Assembly (NCBI GenBank): GCA_027923505.1
Contig: BROI01000014.1
Location: forward strand, 1-64,000
Origin: Mayamaea pseudoterrestris
Taxonomy: Eukaryota
Length of the DNA stretch: 64,000 nucleotides
Direction of reading: 5' to 3'
A program made the position numbers and the translations under genes. Under the pieces are notes generated by a model. It was given only the letters and a program-made list of their open reading frames with translations, ran no database searches and had not been told where the DNA came from. Shown one piece after another: positions 1-11,545 of the stretch; position 1 is the first letter of the stretch; every line of letters begins with the position of its first letter.

Positions 1-2164
1 TCATGATCGCGAGGCTCCCACGTCTGTCTTCCCGTCAGTCCATTCGACGCGTACTTGTGAAACTTCCTTTGTATGTCGGATCGTTCGGTTTCAAATTAAG
101 CTCGTGTCCGATTACCTTCGTGAATACCCACTGAGTCGCCGGATCGTTTCGTATATCTTCGTCCATCTGTCGTTCGATTAAATCCGACAGTTCGTTGTAA
201 CTATTAAGTCTTTCGCTGGCTCCTCTCCCATTTGGATTAGAAACCTTTCGTCGTTTCGAGTAGCTCGTTATCGCGTACTTCGATATATTCGCATACAGTC
301 GCTCGCATTTTCTGACCGTTTTCGTGTTCCCTTACGAACGTGCGTCCGATGAGTTCCTTGGAGAACAGAGGGCATTTATTCCCTGATTCTTGCTCAGCCC
401 TTCTGAAGAACTTCGCTGGTACGTTGGCGTGGTTCGCCATCGGAATTGTTTCGTCGTCGTTTCCTTCGTAGTTGTCGTGACTACTTTCTGTCACATGCGT
501 GCTATGGTAGCGTCCTGTCGCGAGATCTGGAGTTTCCAAAATTTCGCTCGCTTGCGCGTGTAGCTTCTTCAGAAATCTCCTCCAGACTCAGGGAAGGAAG
601 GCAACTCTCGTGGTAACAAGTAGCTGCGCGGAGACCACAGTTGGAGCGCGGAATCGCGCAGCGTGTCGTCCGTCAGAACGAGAAAAGTATGTGCGGACCG
701 CTATTCTCTGCGATGCCCACAATCGGCCGTTGCCAGATCGTACCGCCGAGGGAAACTCCCTGCGCCTCAAACGTGACCGGTTCTTGAAATGTAACAAAGG
801 CGAAATATCCGGCAGATTTCCGAACGCAACTTCCGTTGGCGTGCGCCATCCCAGCGATTTCGTCGCGAGGACGTTCTCAGTATCATGATTACGAATTTAA
901 TCAGCAAAACCCAGCAATGGCCTGGCGAACCCGAATCTCGTTGGAGGTTCTCCATCATTGGCTTAATGTGCGACGTGTGACGTTCGCATGGATTTTGTTC
1001 TGGACCCGGTTCTGTGGTCACTGAGGAATATTGTACATCCGACAGAGATCCTCACAGCCTTGCCAGTCTCCGACTTGGCATTGTCGCTGAGCAACCGTTA
1101 GGGAGCGCCCACTTCGCGGATAAAATCCTCTAACGCGTTTGACATTTCGCTCTCCGACTTCATCGGGTAGCCGCGCGTGTAAAAACTTTCTCGTCCAACA
1201 AAAGAGCTGCATCTTAGTAGCTCCCCCATGCCGATTCCATCATCAGCTGGCGTCAGAGTGTAACGTGTCCGTGGCGAATAGCGCGCAACCGCTGAACGTT
1301 CGCGGCCGGAAATCGTGATTTCGTGAGGTGTCGAAATGGTAATCGCGGGTGTCGCTGAGATGATACCATGCTTCCGTGTGACGTAAAGTCTGTTGAACGC
1401 GCTCAGTCGGGACCCATCCGAGGTACGCCGAAGAGCATTATAATCCTGGTTCCTTCGTTTAGCTTCCGCAAATTAACGCGCGTGAAAACTGAGCGTGTCG
1501 CACGCACCGATTGATCAGTACGTCAGGTTCGTCGCCAGGTGCGTGTCGGCGTGTGACGATTGCGGTGCGTGATACCGTCATCATCGAATCGTTCGTCGAA
1601 ACATGATCTCGTTCGTCGAAATCGTCGCGCGTGCTCGACATCGTAAACAGTCGAGTCCCACGGCACGTCCGACGTCATGATGACAGTCGGATACTATCCA
1701 AATCGTCGAACGTGGGTTTCGTCACGTCCAAGTACACCAGGCCATCGCGAATTGCCAAGGCAAAACGTAGCCCTCAATGTTCGTCGTGATTCGTTGCGTT
1801 CCGCCAAACATGGTCGGAATATCGTCGACGCGATGTCCCATTGCGCGCAATTGATTCGGGCAATGAATCGTCGGTCCGTCTCGCTTTAAAGCATACTGGT
1901 GACACAGAAGCAGAATGGTTTCGCCACTAAGGGTCTTTGCCAGTCCAGCTGCAGAGCCAATCTTGAGCTGGGACAATATGATCGTCAATACCAGTCACAT
2001 CCACCTCGGCGTTCGTTTCCGAAACGACGAGCATGTCTCCCCGCCTAAGCCTCCGTTCGCGCCGCTGTCGATGAGCGCGCCTTCGTTGATCCGCTCGTAG
2101 TGTGCGCGATTGACGCGCTATACGACGATGCATGTTGAAGCTGAATGTACCTCGTCCGGTGTTA
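1..2164 (-). pseudogene. pol: pol remnants (protease, integrase, chromo-like domain), copy 1, multiply frameshifted
   Basis: Conserved motifs are split across all three frames (ORFs 1927-2259, 1722-1988, 1018-1212, 767-1021, 237-539 and unlisted fragments). Confidence 0.85.
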
Positions 2165-3905
2165 TCAGTCGTCAACGATCCTGTCACTTGCTGAGTTCGT
2201 AGTACTCGCATTGTTCGCTTGCAGAACCGATCGTGCAGCCGTTTGGACTGACATTCCACTATTGCCGGGCTGAATATTAATCGTGCCAGGAACGCTTGCG
2301 TGATCGTTCGCTACAGATTCCGTCGCGTGACGCTCTTGATGCGCCGCGTTGACTTGCGTCTGCGTCGTAGCCGTGCCTCGTTGGTTGCGCGGTCGCCATC
2401 CGTTTTCGGGTGTCTTGGGCGCCGTCGCACGCTTGTCCTTCAACTGCTTTCGCTGATCAAACTTCATCTCCAACCAGACTTCATCCTTCACGCTCGCGTG
2501 AGGTTTCTTCATGATCGCTGCAAATCGTTCCGCCGATAAGCCGCTTGGAGTCGCGCCGCCATTGCCGCCGCCGCCTCCTTTCGTTCCACTAGACTGCGCT
2601 TGATTGATTGTGCGCTTAGTCTTCGTCGTCGATGGGTGTTTCTTGTCATACTTGATGCAGCACTCTTCTAAGTGCGCGTACAACTGCGCGAAATTGTCTT
2701 CCGAGTCGTGTTGCCCCATGTGTTTCTTGATGGCAATCATTCCGTCAAAACCTGCTAGTGATGCGCTGAATCCTGTGTGCTCGGAGAAAGCGTCGCGTAG
2801 CATGTCGTATCGTTGTAAACCTGTCAGAGCTTCTGCGTCCATTTCGAGCAGCCAGATGACTTTCTTGTAGAACAGTGCGAGAAATTCGATCGTCGGCCGT
2901 GACCACTTCTCGGTCAGCCGCATTCCCTGCAGTTCCGTTCGCGCGTTCCTTCTCGATGTGAGCAGTAGCGCCTTCTTCGTATCGCGTTCGCAATCGTTGG
3001 TAGACTTCGCGTCCGTCCATCGTCTTCTTGAACTGCTGTACTGCGAGTGATGCAGACGGAGTTCGACAGTGCGTGAGAAAGATCCTGTATACAAACACAT
3101 TCTTCTTTGCATACGCCTTCTGTTCTTTCGGTCCCTTTTCCTTCGGGTCATAATCGTCGTCAAAGACTTCGTGGAAGTCATGCAATGTAGCGATGACTTT
3201 CAACTCGGAAATCCACTGTTTCCACGAGGAATCCAGCTTCATTTCTTTACAATCCCTCGCCGAGAACTTGATAGACTTCGTAAATTGGTCTGAATACTTC
3301 TCGTCGTCTTCGTCGTCGCCGAGGTCCAGTACGGATGTCGGTGACTGCTTCGTGTCCACGTCCACACTCGTCGGTGGCACCTTGTCGGCCGAGTCAGGCT
3401 TCGACTCGTTGCCTTCGTTCGTTAGCGTGGAGTCCTTGGATTCGTCCTTCTTGGATTCCGTTTCGCTTTCCTTCGCTGGAGGTTTCGCTCCGCTTCCGCT
3501 GCCCACGCTCGCAATGTTGCGCGCTTGGACTCGTTCCTTCGCTCGTGCTGTGACGAACGTCGCCAGCGTTTCGGTGGTCAGTTGCGACCATGTCTTGATG
3601 TCCGGCGACTCTTGCGCCAAATACCATTCGATCGCGTTCGTGATCGTGCGTTGTTTCATCTTCGTTAGCGAGTGTTCGCTCGTTTCCTGCGTGACATTGT
3701 CGCCATCGTCAGTCGTCGTCGTTGTCGTCGTCGTGACGTTCCACTTCGTCGCGAAATCGTCGTACTCCATCTCGATCAGTTGCGTAAGCGATTCTACTCC
3801 GAGTTCGTCGAATAACTCCTTGAACTGAGGATCTTGGAAAACGCCTACGTTCTCTTCGTAAACATGCGCAAACGCCGCGTCTTTCTGCGCGCGAGTTTCC
3901 GCCAT
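2165..3905 (-). pseudogene. gag: gag, copy 1, with a frameshift at ~2940-2945
   Basis: MAETRAQK... reads through a copia gag-like region (WKQWISELKVIATLH..., DGREVYQRLRTRYE). It continues in another frame (RTELQGMRLTEKWSRP...) after a CGCGCG tract. Confidence 0.82.
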
Positions 3906-4062
3906 CGTTGTCGTCGTGACAATGTTCTTGCTATCACCTGCGGAACTTTCCGGGCCAAGAACCAACGTGCGTCCACGTTACTTCGTAAATCAATAGTACT
4001 CTTCGTCGATAAAGTCTCTATGCCGAGGCAATGAGTCTCAAGACAGTGTTAATCTTGTAACT

Positions 4063-4319
4063 TGTAAATCAAATCGTTGCACCTTTCGCTTGTAGCTGTC
4101 CTTGGATGGCCAATCCAAGCTTGCAGTTGCTACAATACGAGAGACGAATAAATCGCTTTCTTAACTCTTCAAGCTTAGTAAGTCTGCTTGTTTCTACTCT
4201 ATATCGCACTAGTTTCAGCAATATACTTGTTGAATCGCTTCGAAGCCGTCGCTGCCACGCATCACGCGATCGTGAGGCTGTGGTGAGCCGCGAGTGCCGC
4301 TGTGTCACCCTATCGGACA
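4063..4319 (-). repeat. Putative LTR (257 bp), copy 1
   Basis: TGT...ACA termini, located upstream of gag; its extent matches the homologous isolated copy at 32109-32363. Confidence 0.72.
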
Positions 4320-4367
4320 TTCGGTGTGACTTGCCCGATTTTCGCTGTTTTCGTTCGCATCCTGCAA

Positions 4368-5552
4368 GACGTCGCATGGATTTTGTTCTGGACCCGGTTC
4401 TGTGGTCACTGAGGAATATTGTACATCCGACAGAGATCCTCACAGCCTTGCCAGTCTCCGACTTGGCATTGTCGCTGAGCAACCGTTAGGGAGCGCCCAC
4501 TTCGCGGATAAAATCCTCTAACGCGTTTGACATTTCGCTCTCCGACTTCATCGGGTAGCCGCGCGTGTAAAAACTTTCTCGTCCAACAAAAGAGCTGCAT
4601 CTTAGTAGCTCCCCCATGCCGATTCCATCATCAGCTGGCGTCAGAGTGTAACGTGTCCGTGGCGAATAGCGCGCAACCGCTGAACGTTCGCGGCCGGAAA
4701 TCGTGATTTCGTGAGGTGTCGAAATGGTAATCGCGGGTGTCGCTGAGATGATACCATGCTTCCGTGTGACGTAAAGTCTGTTGAACGCGCTCAGTCGGGA
4801 CCCATCCGAGGTACGCCGAAGAGCATTATAATCCTGGTTCCTTCGTTTAGCTTCCGCAAATTAACGCGCGTGAAAACTGAGCGTGTCGCACGCACCGATT
4901 GATCAGTACGTCAGGTTCGTCGCCAGGTGCGTGTCGGCGTGTGACGATTGCGGTGCGTGATACCGTCATCATCGAATCGTTCGTCGAAACATGATCTCGT
5001 TCGTCGAAATCGTCGCGCGTGCTCGACATCGTAAACAGTCGAGTCCCACGGCACGTCCGACGTCATGATGACAGTCGGATACTATCCAAATCGTCGAACG
5101 TGGGTTTCGTCACGTCCAAGTACACCAGGCCATCGCGAATTGCCAAGGCAAAACGTAGCCCTCAATGTTCGTCGTGATTCGTTGCGTTCCGCCAAACATG
5201 GTCGGAATATCGTCGACGCGATGTCCCATTGCGCGCAATTGATTCGGGCAATGAATCGTCGGTCCGTCTCGCTTTAAAGCATACTGGTGACACAGAAGCA
5301 GAATGGTTTCGCCACTAAGGGTCTTTGCCAGTCCAGCTGCAGAGCCAATCTTGAGCTGGGACAATATGATCGTCAATACCAGTCACATCCACCTCGGCGT
5401 TCGTTTCCGAAACGACGAGCATGTCTCCCCGCCTAAGCCTCCGTTCGCGCCGCTGTCGATGAGCGCGCCTTCGTTGATCCGCTCGTAGTGTGCGCGATTG
5501 ACGCGCTATACGACGATGCATGTTGAAGCTGAATGTACCTCGTCCGGTGTTA
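4368..5552 (-). pseudogene. pol: pol remnants (protease, integrase cut at the NPCE motif), copy 2
   Basis: Identical to 979-2164 apart from the 1-nt junction deletion; ends at the duplication junction. Confidence 0.85.
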
Positions 5553-7293
5553 TCAGTCGTCAACGATCCTGTCACTTGCTGAGTTCGTAGTACTCGCATT
5601 GTTCGCTTGCAGAACCGATCGTGCAGCCGTTTGGACTGACATTCCACTATTGCCGGGCTGAATATTAATCGTGCCAGGAACGCTTGCGTGATCGTTCGCT
5701 ACAGATTCCGTCGCGTGACGCTCTTGATGCGCCGCGTTGACTTGCGTCTGCGTCGTAGCCGTGCCTCGTTGGTTGCGCGGTCGCCATCCGTTTTCGGGTG
5801 TCTTGGGCGCCGTCGCACGCTTGTCCTTCAACTGCTTTCGCTGATCAAACTTCATCTCCAACCAGACTTCATCCTTCACGCTCGCGTGAGGTTTCTTCAT
5901 GATCGCTGCAAATCGTTCCGCCGATAAGCCGCTTGGAGTCGCGCCGCCATTGCCGCCGCCGCCTCCTTTCGTTCCACTAGACTGCGCTTGATTGATTGTG
6001 CGCTTAGTCTTCGTCGTCGATGGGTGTTTCTTGTCATACTTGATGCAGCACTCTTCTAAGTGCGCGTACAACTGCGCGAAATTGTCTTCCGAGTCGTGTT
6101 GCCCCATGTGTTTCTTGATGGCAATCATTCCGTCAAAACCTGCTAGTGATGCGCTGAATCCTGTGTGCTCGGAGAAAGCGTCGCGTAGCATGTCGTATCG
6201 TTGTAAACCTGTCAGAGCTTCTGCGTCCATTTCGAGCAGCCAGATGACTTTCTTGTAGAACAGTGCGAGAAATTCGATCGTCGGCCGTGACCACTTCTCG
6301 GTCAGCCGCATTCCCTGCAGTTCCGTTCGCGCGTTCCTTCTCGATGTGAGCAGTAGCGCCTTCTTCGTATCGCGTTCGCAATCGTTGGTAGACTTCGCGT
6401 CCGTCCATCGTCTTCTTGAACTGCTGTACTGCGAGTGATGCAGACGGAGTTCGACAGTGCGTGAGAAAGATCCTGTATACAAACACATTCTTCTTTGCAT
6501 ACGCCTTCTGTTCTTTCGGTCCCTTTTCCTTCGGGTCATAATCGTCGTCAAAGACTTCGTGGAAGTCATGCAATGTAGCGATGACTTTCAACTCGGAAAT
6601 CCACTGTTTCCACGAGGAATCCAGCTTCATTTCTTTACAATCCCTCGCCGAGAACTTGATAGACTTCGTAAATTGGTCTGAATACTTCTCGTCGTCTTCG
6701 TCGTCGCCGAGGTCCAGTACGGATGTCGGTGACTGCTTCGTGTCCACGTCCACACTCGTCGGTGGCACCTTGTCGGCCGAGTCAGGCTTCGACTCGTTGC
6801 CTTCGTTCGTTAGCGTGGAGTCCTTGGATTCGTCCTTCTTGGATTCCGTTTCGCTTTCCTTCGCTGGAGGTTTCGCTCCGCTTCCGCTGCCCACGCTCGC
6901 AATGTTGCGCGCTTGGACTCGTTCCTTCGCTCGTGCTGTGACGAACGTCGCCAGCGTTTCGGTGGTCAGTTGCGACCATGTCTTGATGTCCGGCGACTCT
7001 TGCGCCAAATACCATTCGATCGCGTTCGTGATCGTGCGTTGTTTCATCTTCGTTAGCGAGTGTTCGCTCGTTTCCTGCGTGACATTGTCGCCATCGTCAG
7101 TCGTCGTCGTTGTCGTCGTCGTGACGTTCCACTTCGTCGCGAAATCGTCGTACTCCATCTCGATCAGTTGCGTAAGCGATTCTACTCCGAGTTCGTCGAA
7201 TAACTCCTTGAACTGAGGATCTTGGAAAACGCCTACGTTCTCTTCGTAAACATGCGCAAACGCCGCGTCTTTCTGCGCGCGAGTTTCCGCCAT
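5553..7293 (-). pseudogene. gag: gag, copy 2, same frameshift
   Basis: Identical translation to 2165-3905. Confidence 0.82.
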
Positions 7294-7450
7294 CGTTGTC
7301 GTCGTGACAATGTTCTTGCTATCACCTGCGGAACTTTCCGGGCCAAGAACCAACGTGCGTCCACGTTACTTCGTAAATCAATAGTACTCTTCGTCGATAA
7401 AGTCTCTATGCCGAGGCAATGAGTCTCAAGACAGTGTTAATCTTGTAACT

Positions 7451-7707
7451 TGTAAATCAAATCGTTGCACCTTTCGCTTGTAGCTGTCCTTGGATGGCCA
7501 ATCCAAGCTTGCAGTTGCTACAATACGAGAGACGAATAAATCGCTTTCTTAACTCTTCAAGCTTAGTAAGTCTGCTTGTTTCTACTCTATATCGCACTAG
7601 TTTCAGCAATATACTTGTTGAATCGCTTCGAAGCCGTCGCTGCCACGCATCACGCGATCGTGAGGCTGTGGTGAGCCGCGAGTGCCGCTGTGTCACCCTA
7701 TCGGACA
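7451..7707 (-). repeat. Putative 5' LTR (257 bp), copy 2
   Basis: Identical to 4063-4319; TGT...ACA termini. Confidence 0.72.
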
Positions 7708-8319
7708 TTCGGTGTGACTTGCCCGATTTTCGCTGTTTTCGTTCGCATCCTGCAAACGACGGAATGTGTTCCTTCCACCAACCATAAAACAAACGATTGC
7801 AACCTTTAAAGTATCTGTTCTACTATAACCATGAAATAATGGTCTCTTTAATGCCGAATCGATGTGTTATAAAGGGCTCTAATTGATTGGAATGAGTCGG
7901 CAACAGCAGGAACGAACGAGCGAGGCAATCAAAACGGAACGTTTCAAAGCGCACTTTGGATCGATGCCTGTCGTGTATGCAAGCATTTAGAGAGACTTGG
8001 TGACAAGCCTTCCAAAGGCTCGATTTGATCCAGCCAAAGCTCATGTTGACCTCTGTTTCCGCGTCGAATGCAGTGACACAGTTTTCGCCGCCTTGCTCGC
8101 TGCTGTACATCGAGCGAGCCAAGCGCAAGCGGTACTGAAAACGAATGAATGACAATGAATTCGCCGACGGTCGCCGCCGATCACAATGGGATGCATAAAG
8201 CTTTTGTTAACTGTATCAACAAACAAGACAGCAAAGCGACTGAACAAGCCCACTTTCTACGTGTTTTCAGACTGCTTCTACAAACGACTTAGCTCGACTT
8301 CAAACACTTTCAACTTAAA

Positions 8320-9426
8320 ATGTCATCTCGAAATTCGAAACATCTCATCCATGACGACGACGACATATTTGATGACCAGTTGGACGAATGTGAGGCCTTG
8401 AATGTAGCAATGAAGCGACCAAGAGTTTCTGGATCATTTCTTGTTACAAAATACAAGGGAATTTGCGGTCTGCTGGTAGGCTTATCGATCGGTGCATTAC
8501 TTTCTCGAGCATTGGAGCGCAGCATGGACGGATCATTCACCCAATCAGCTGCAGCTGTCAAGTATCCTTTGACGAAGTTTGACGGCCCCACTTTCATACT
8601 CAACATTGGAATTGAAGGAACTGGCCATCACTTTATACAAGCGATCCACTCAAGGGCGCCAGCAATAGAAGCAATGGATCGGGTCGGAGCAAATATTCAC
8701 ATGGCTAGCATTCGGCGCGACTTTATGAGAGGAATGATGATGCCATATTGCCAAGATCAACCGAAACATAATGATCCTCAAGCTTTGTATCAAAACATGA
8801 TAGTTAGTTTGCAACTGGCGCGAGACTCATTGTCGAATAGCACTGTTTCGTTTTTCCCCATCAATGCAATTCAGGGCATTCAATCATCCGACAAACACGA
8901 GCTCAGCTACCCTGACGCCAAGAGATGCAATCGCATGCAACATCCAAACCTTGACATGTTTTACAGTGCGTGTCGGGACGCTCAAGTCAACTGTGGCGCC
9001 GTATACTTGTATCGCGATCCATACGCAATACTTCTCTCGAATCAAAGGCGACGCTTCAACCCCAATGTACAGGCGGGCATTCATTTATACACCATGATGC
9101 TCCAAATCATTTACGCGCAACTGTCATACTATCCGAAACAAACTCTAGCTTGCATTGGCTTGTACGACGATGACGCAGCCGATGCGGAACGATGGCACCC
9201 CATCAGAGACATGTACGGATGGACCGACGCCACGGCGTTTCAAACACTTGTGGACGGAATCTATCGTGTACACCCCGCCATGACAGTGGAGGAACAGGAT
9301 GCGTTGGTGCCGCCCGAGTATCAGGCGCACATGCGCGCCATGGTGCATGCGCACGAGAAGGTGCTGGATCAGTGTCGCCGGATCGTTCGCGAGAATAAGC
9401 TTGGTCTAGTAACAGGAGAATCGTAA
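8320..9426 (+). CDS. Type II membrane sulfotransferase-like protein, copy 1
   Basis: 368 aa with a single N-terminal TM (GICGLLVGLSIGALLS). ILNIGIEGTGHH sits at the 5'-PSB loop position. YLYRDPYAILLS matches the R-x7-S 3'-phosphate-binding motif. Confidence 0.62.
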   Translation: MSSRNSKHLIHDDDDIFDDQLDECEALNVAMKRPRVSGSFLVTKYKGICGLLVGLSIGALLSRALERSMDGSFTQSAAAVKYPLTKFDGPTFILNIGIEGTGHHFIQAIHSRAPAIEAMDRVGANIHMASIRRDFMRGMMMPYCQDQPKHNDPQALYQNMIVSLQLARDSLSNSTVSFFPINAIQGIQSSDKHELSYPDAKRCNRMQHPNLDMFYSACRDAQVNCGAVYLYRDPYAILLSNQRRRFNPNVQAGIHLYTMMLQIIYAQLSYYPKQTLACIGLYDDDAADAERWHPIRDMYGWTDATAFQTLVDGIYRVHPAMTVEEQDALVPPEYQAHMRAMVHAHEKVLDQCRRIVRENKLGLVTGES

Positions 9427-9977
9427 TGGTATTGTCAAAATATTATGCGACTGCCCTTTTTCGTTGCAACAAGCGCCTGCTGCACCATACTGGAAATGTT
9501 CCAAGGGTATCATACCGTCACTGGGCAAAATGGCTATCGCATACAGCTTCAGCGTGCTTGTGTTTAGGATTAGAATAGATGGATTAGCATGCCGCGTATC
9601 ATATCCGCAGCGTGAATTAAAAATAACAGCTATTGCAAAGAAAACTGATTATAAAGCGTGGAGGATCGAGCTTTTGAAACGATAAACGCACGAGTTGCCT
9701 CGCGTCGAAATAAATTCAACGTCGAATGCAGTGACACAGTTTTCGCCGCCTCGCTCGCTGCCGTCTATCGAGCAAGCCAAGCGCAAGCGGTACTGAAAAC
9801 GAATGAATGACAATGAATTCGCCGACGGTCGCCGCCGATCACAATGGGATGCATAAAGCTTTTGTTAACTGTATCAACAAACAAGACAGCAAAGCGACTG
9901 AACAAGCCCACTTTCTACGTGTTTTCAGACTGCTTCTACAAACGACTTAGCTCGACTTCAAACACTTTCAACTTAAA

Positions 9978-11084
9978 ATGTCATCTCGAAATTCGAAACA
10001 TCTCATCCATGACGACGACGACATATTTGATGACCAGTTGGACGAATGTGAGGCCTTGAATGTAGCAATGAAGCGACCAAGAGTTTCTGGATCATTTCTT
10101 GTTACAAAATACAAGGGAATTTGCGGTCTGCTGGTAGGCTTATCGATCGGTGCATTACTTTCTCGAGCATTGGAGCGCAGCATGGACGGATCATTCACCC
10201 AATCAGCTGCAGCTGTCAAGTATCCTTTGACGAAGTTTGACGGCCCCACTTTCATACTCAACATTGGAATTGAAGGAACTGGCCATCACTTTATACAAGC
10301 GATCCACTCAAGGGCGCCAGCAATAGAAGCAATGGATCGGGTCGGAGCAAATATTCACATGGCTAGCATTCGGCGCGACTTTATGAGAGGAATGATGATG
10401 CCATATTGCCAAGATCAACCGAAACATAATGATCCTCAAGCTTTGTATCAAAACATGATAGTTAGTTTGCAACTGGCGCGAGACTCATTGTCGAATAGCA
10501 CTGTTTCGTTTTTCCCCATCAATGCAATTCAGGGCATTCAATCATCCGACAAACACGAGCTCAGCTACCCTGACGCCAAGAGATGCAATCGCATGCAACA
10601 TCCAAACCTTGACATGTTTTACAGTGCGTGTCGGGACGCTCAAGTCAACTGTGGCGCCGTATACTTGTATCGCGATCCATACGCAATACTTCTCTCGAAT
10701 CAAAGGCGACGCTTCAACCCCAATGTACAGGCGGGCATTCATTTATACACCATGATGCTCCAAATCATTTACGCGCAACTGTCATACTATCCGAAACAAA
10801 CTCTAGCTTGCATTGGCTTGTACGACGATGACGCAGCCGATGCGGAACGATGGCACCCCATCAGAGACATGTACGGATGGACCGACGCCACGGCGTTTCA
10901 AACACTTGTGGACGGAATCTATCGTGTACACCCCGCCATGACAGTGGAGGAACAGGATGCGTTGGTGCCGCCCGAGTATCAGGCGCACATGCGCGCCATG
11001 GTGCATGCGCACGAGAAGGTGCTGGATCAGTGTCGCCGGATCGTTCGCGAGAATAAGCTTGGTCTAGTAACAGGAGAATCGTAA
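9978..11084 (+). CDS. Type II membrane sulfotransferase-like protein, copy 2 (identical protein)
   Basis: Same 368-aa translation as 8320-9426. Confidence 0.62.
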   Translation: MSSRNSKHLIHDDDDIFDDQLDECEALNVAMKRPRVSGSFLVTKYKGICGLLVGLSIGALLSRALERSMDGSFTQSAAAVKYPLTKFDGPTFILNIGIEGTGHHFIQAIHSRAPAIEAMDRVGANIHMASIRRDFMRGMMMPYCQDQPKHNDPQALYQNMIVSLQLARDSLSNSTVSFFPINAIQGIQSSDKHELSYPDAKRCNRMQHPNLDMFYSACRDAQVNCGAVYLYRDPYAILLSNQRRRFNPNVQAGIHLYTMMLQIIYAQLSYYPKQTLACIGLYDDDAADAERWHPIRDMYGWTDATAFQTLVDGIYRVHPAMTVEEQDALVPPEYQAHMRAMVHAHEKVLDQCRRIVRENKLGLVTGES

Positions 11085-11545
11085 TGGTATTGTCAAAATA
11101 TTATGCGACTGCCCTTTTTCGTTGCAACAAGCGCCTGCTGCACCATACTGGAAATGTTCCAAGGGTATCATACCGTCACTGGGCAAAATGGCTATCGCAT
11201 ACAGCTTCAGCGTGCTTGTGTTTAGGATTAGAATAGATGGATTAGCATGCCGCGTATCATATCCGCAGCGTGAATTAAAAATAACAGCTATTGCAAAGAA
11301 AACTGATTATAAAGCGTGGAGGATCGAGCTTTTGAAACGATAAACGCACGAGTTGCCTCGCGTCGAAATAAATTCAATGTGAGCCATTGTTGTCGTTGCA
11401 CTAGTTCCACTCAGAATACGCACGCTGTCTTCTCTTCATTTGCATGACAGTTGCAGTGCGGCGGGCAGAAATGGCGTCCATCCGCTCCACATTGCACATA
11501 CTCGATCAATCATAGCATAGAGCTTTTCCCATCAAAAGCCGCCTC

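Larger units (their letters stand above)
1..7707 (-). mobile_element. Degenerate Ty1/copia LTR retrotransposon of the diatom CoDi type, 5' part tandemly duplicated; continues off the left edge (RT/RNaseH not in window)
   Basis: Minus-strand order is LTR, gag, aspartic protease (ALIDSGANGG, DSG at 2061-2069), integrase core (ATDT / LSDNAKSE / EQNPCER), then a chromo-like segment (WVFTKVIGH..YKGS..VRVEWTDG..WEP, ~10-135). Integrase directly after protease is copia order. Many frameshifts. Confidence 0.92.
979..7755. repeat. Tandem duplication, two units 979-4367 and 4368-7755 (period 3388 bp)
   Basis: Every ORF recurs with an identical translation 3388 nt downstream. The junction reads cctgcaa|gacg-tcgcatgg, a 1-nt deletion relative to gacgttcgcatgg at 979. 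Confidence 0.97.
8062..11377. repeat. Tandem duplication, two 1658-bp units (8062-9719, 9720-11377), each carrying one complete gene
   Basis: Identical ORFs offset by 1658 nt; junction aaattcaa|cgtcgaatgc. Five substitutions seen, all within the first ~55 bp of the unit. Confidence 0.97.

Noticed and set aside
3193..3828. 211-aa plus-strand ORF (and its copy at 6581-7216)
   Set aside because: Antisense shadow of gag with mirror-image low-complexity composition.
4044..4062. Possible primer-binding site next to the LTR (minus strand agttacaagattaacactg); its complement contains CTTGTAA, like a tRNA-Thr anticodon loop
   Set aside because: It does not start with TGG, and the flanks do not form an anticodon stem. 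It cannot be assigned without the tRNA set.
4063..7707. Intact young LTR element with identical LTRs
   Set aside because: The identity is explained by the tandem duplication; there is no clear PPT, no RT, and flank DNA is co-duplicated.
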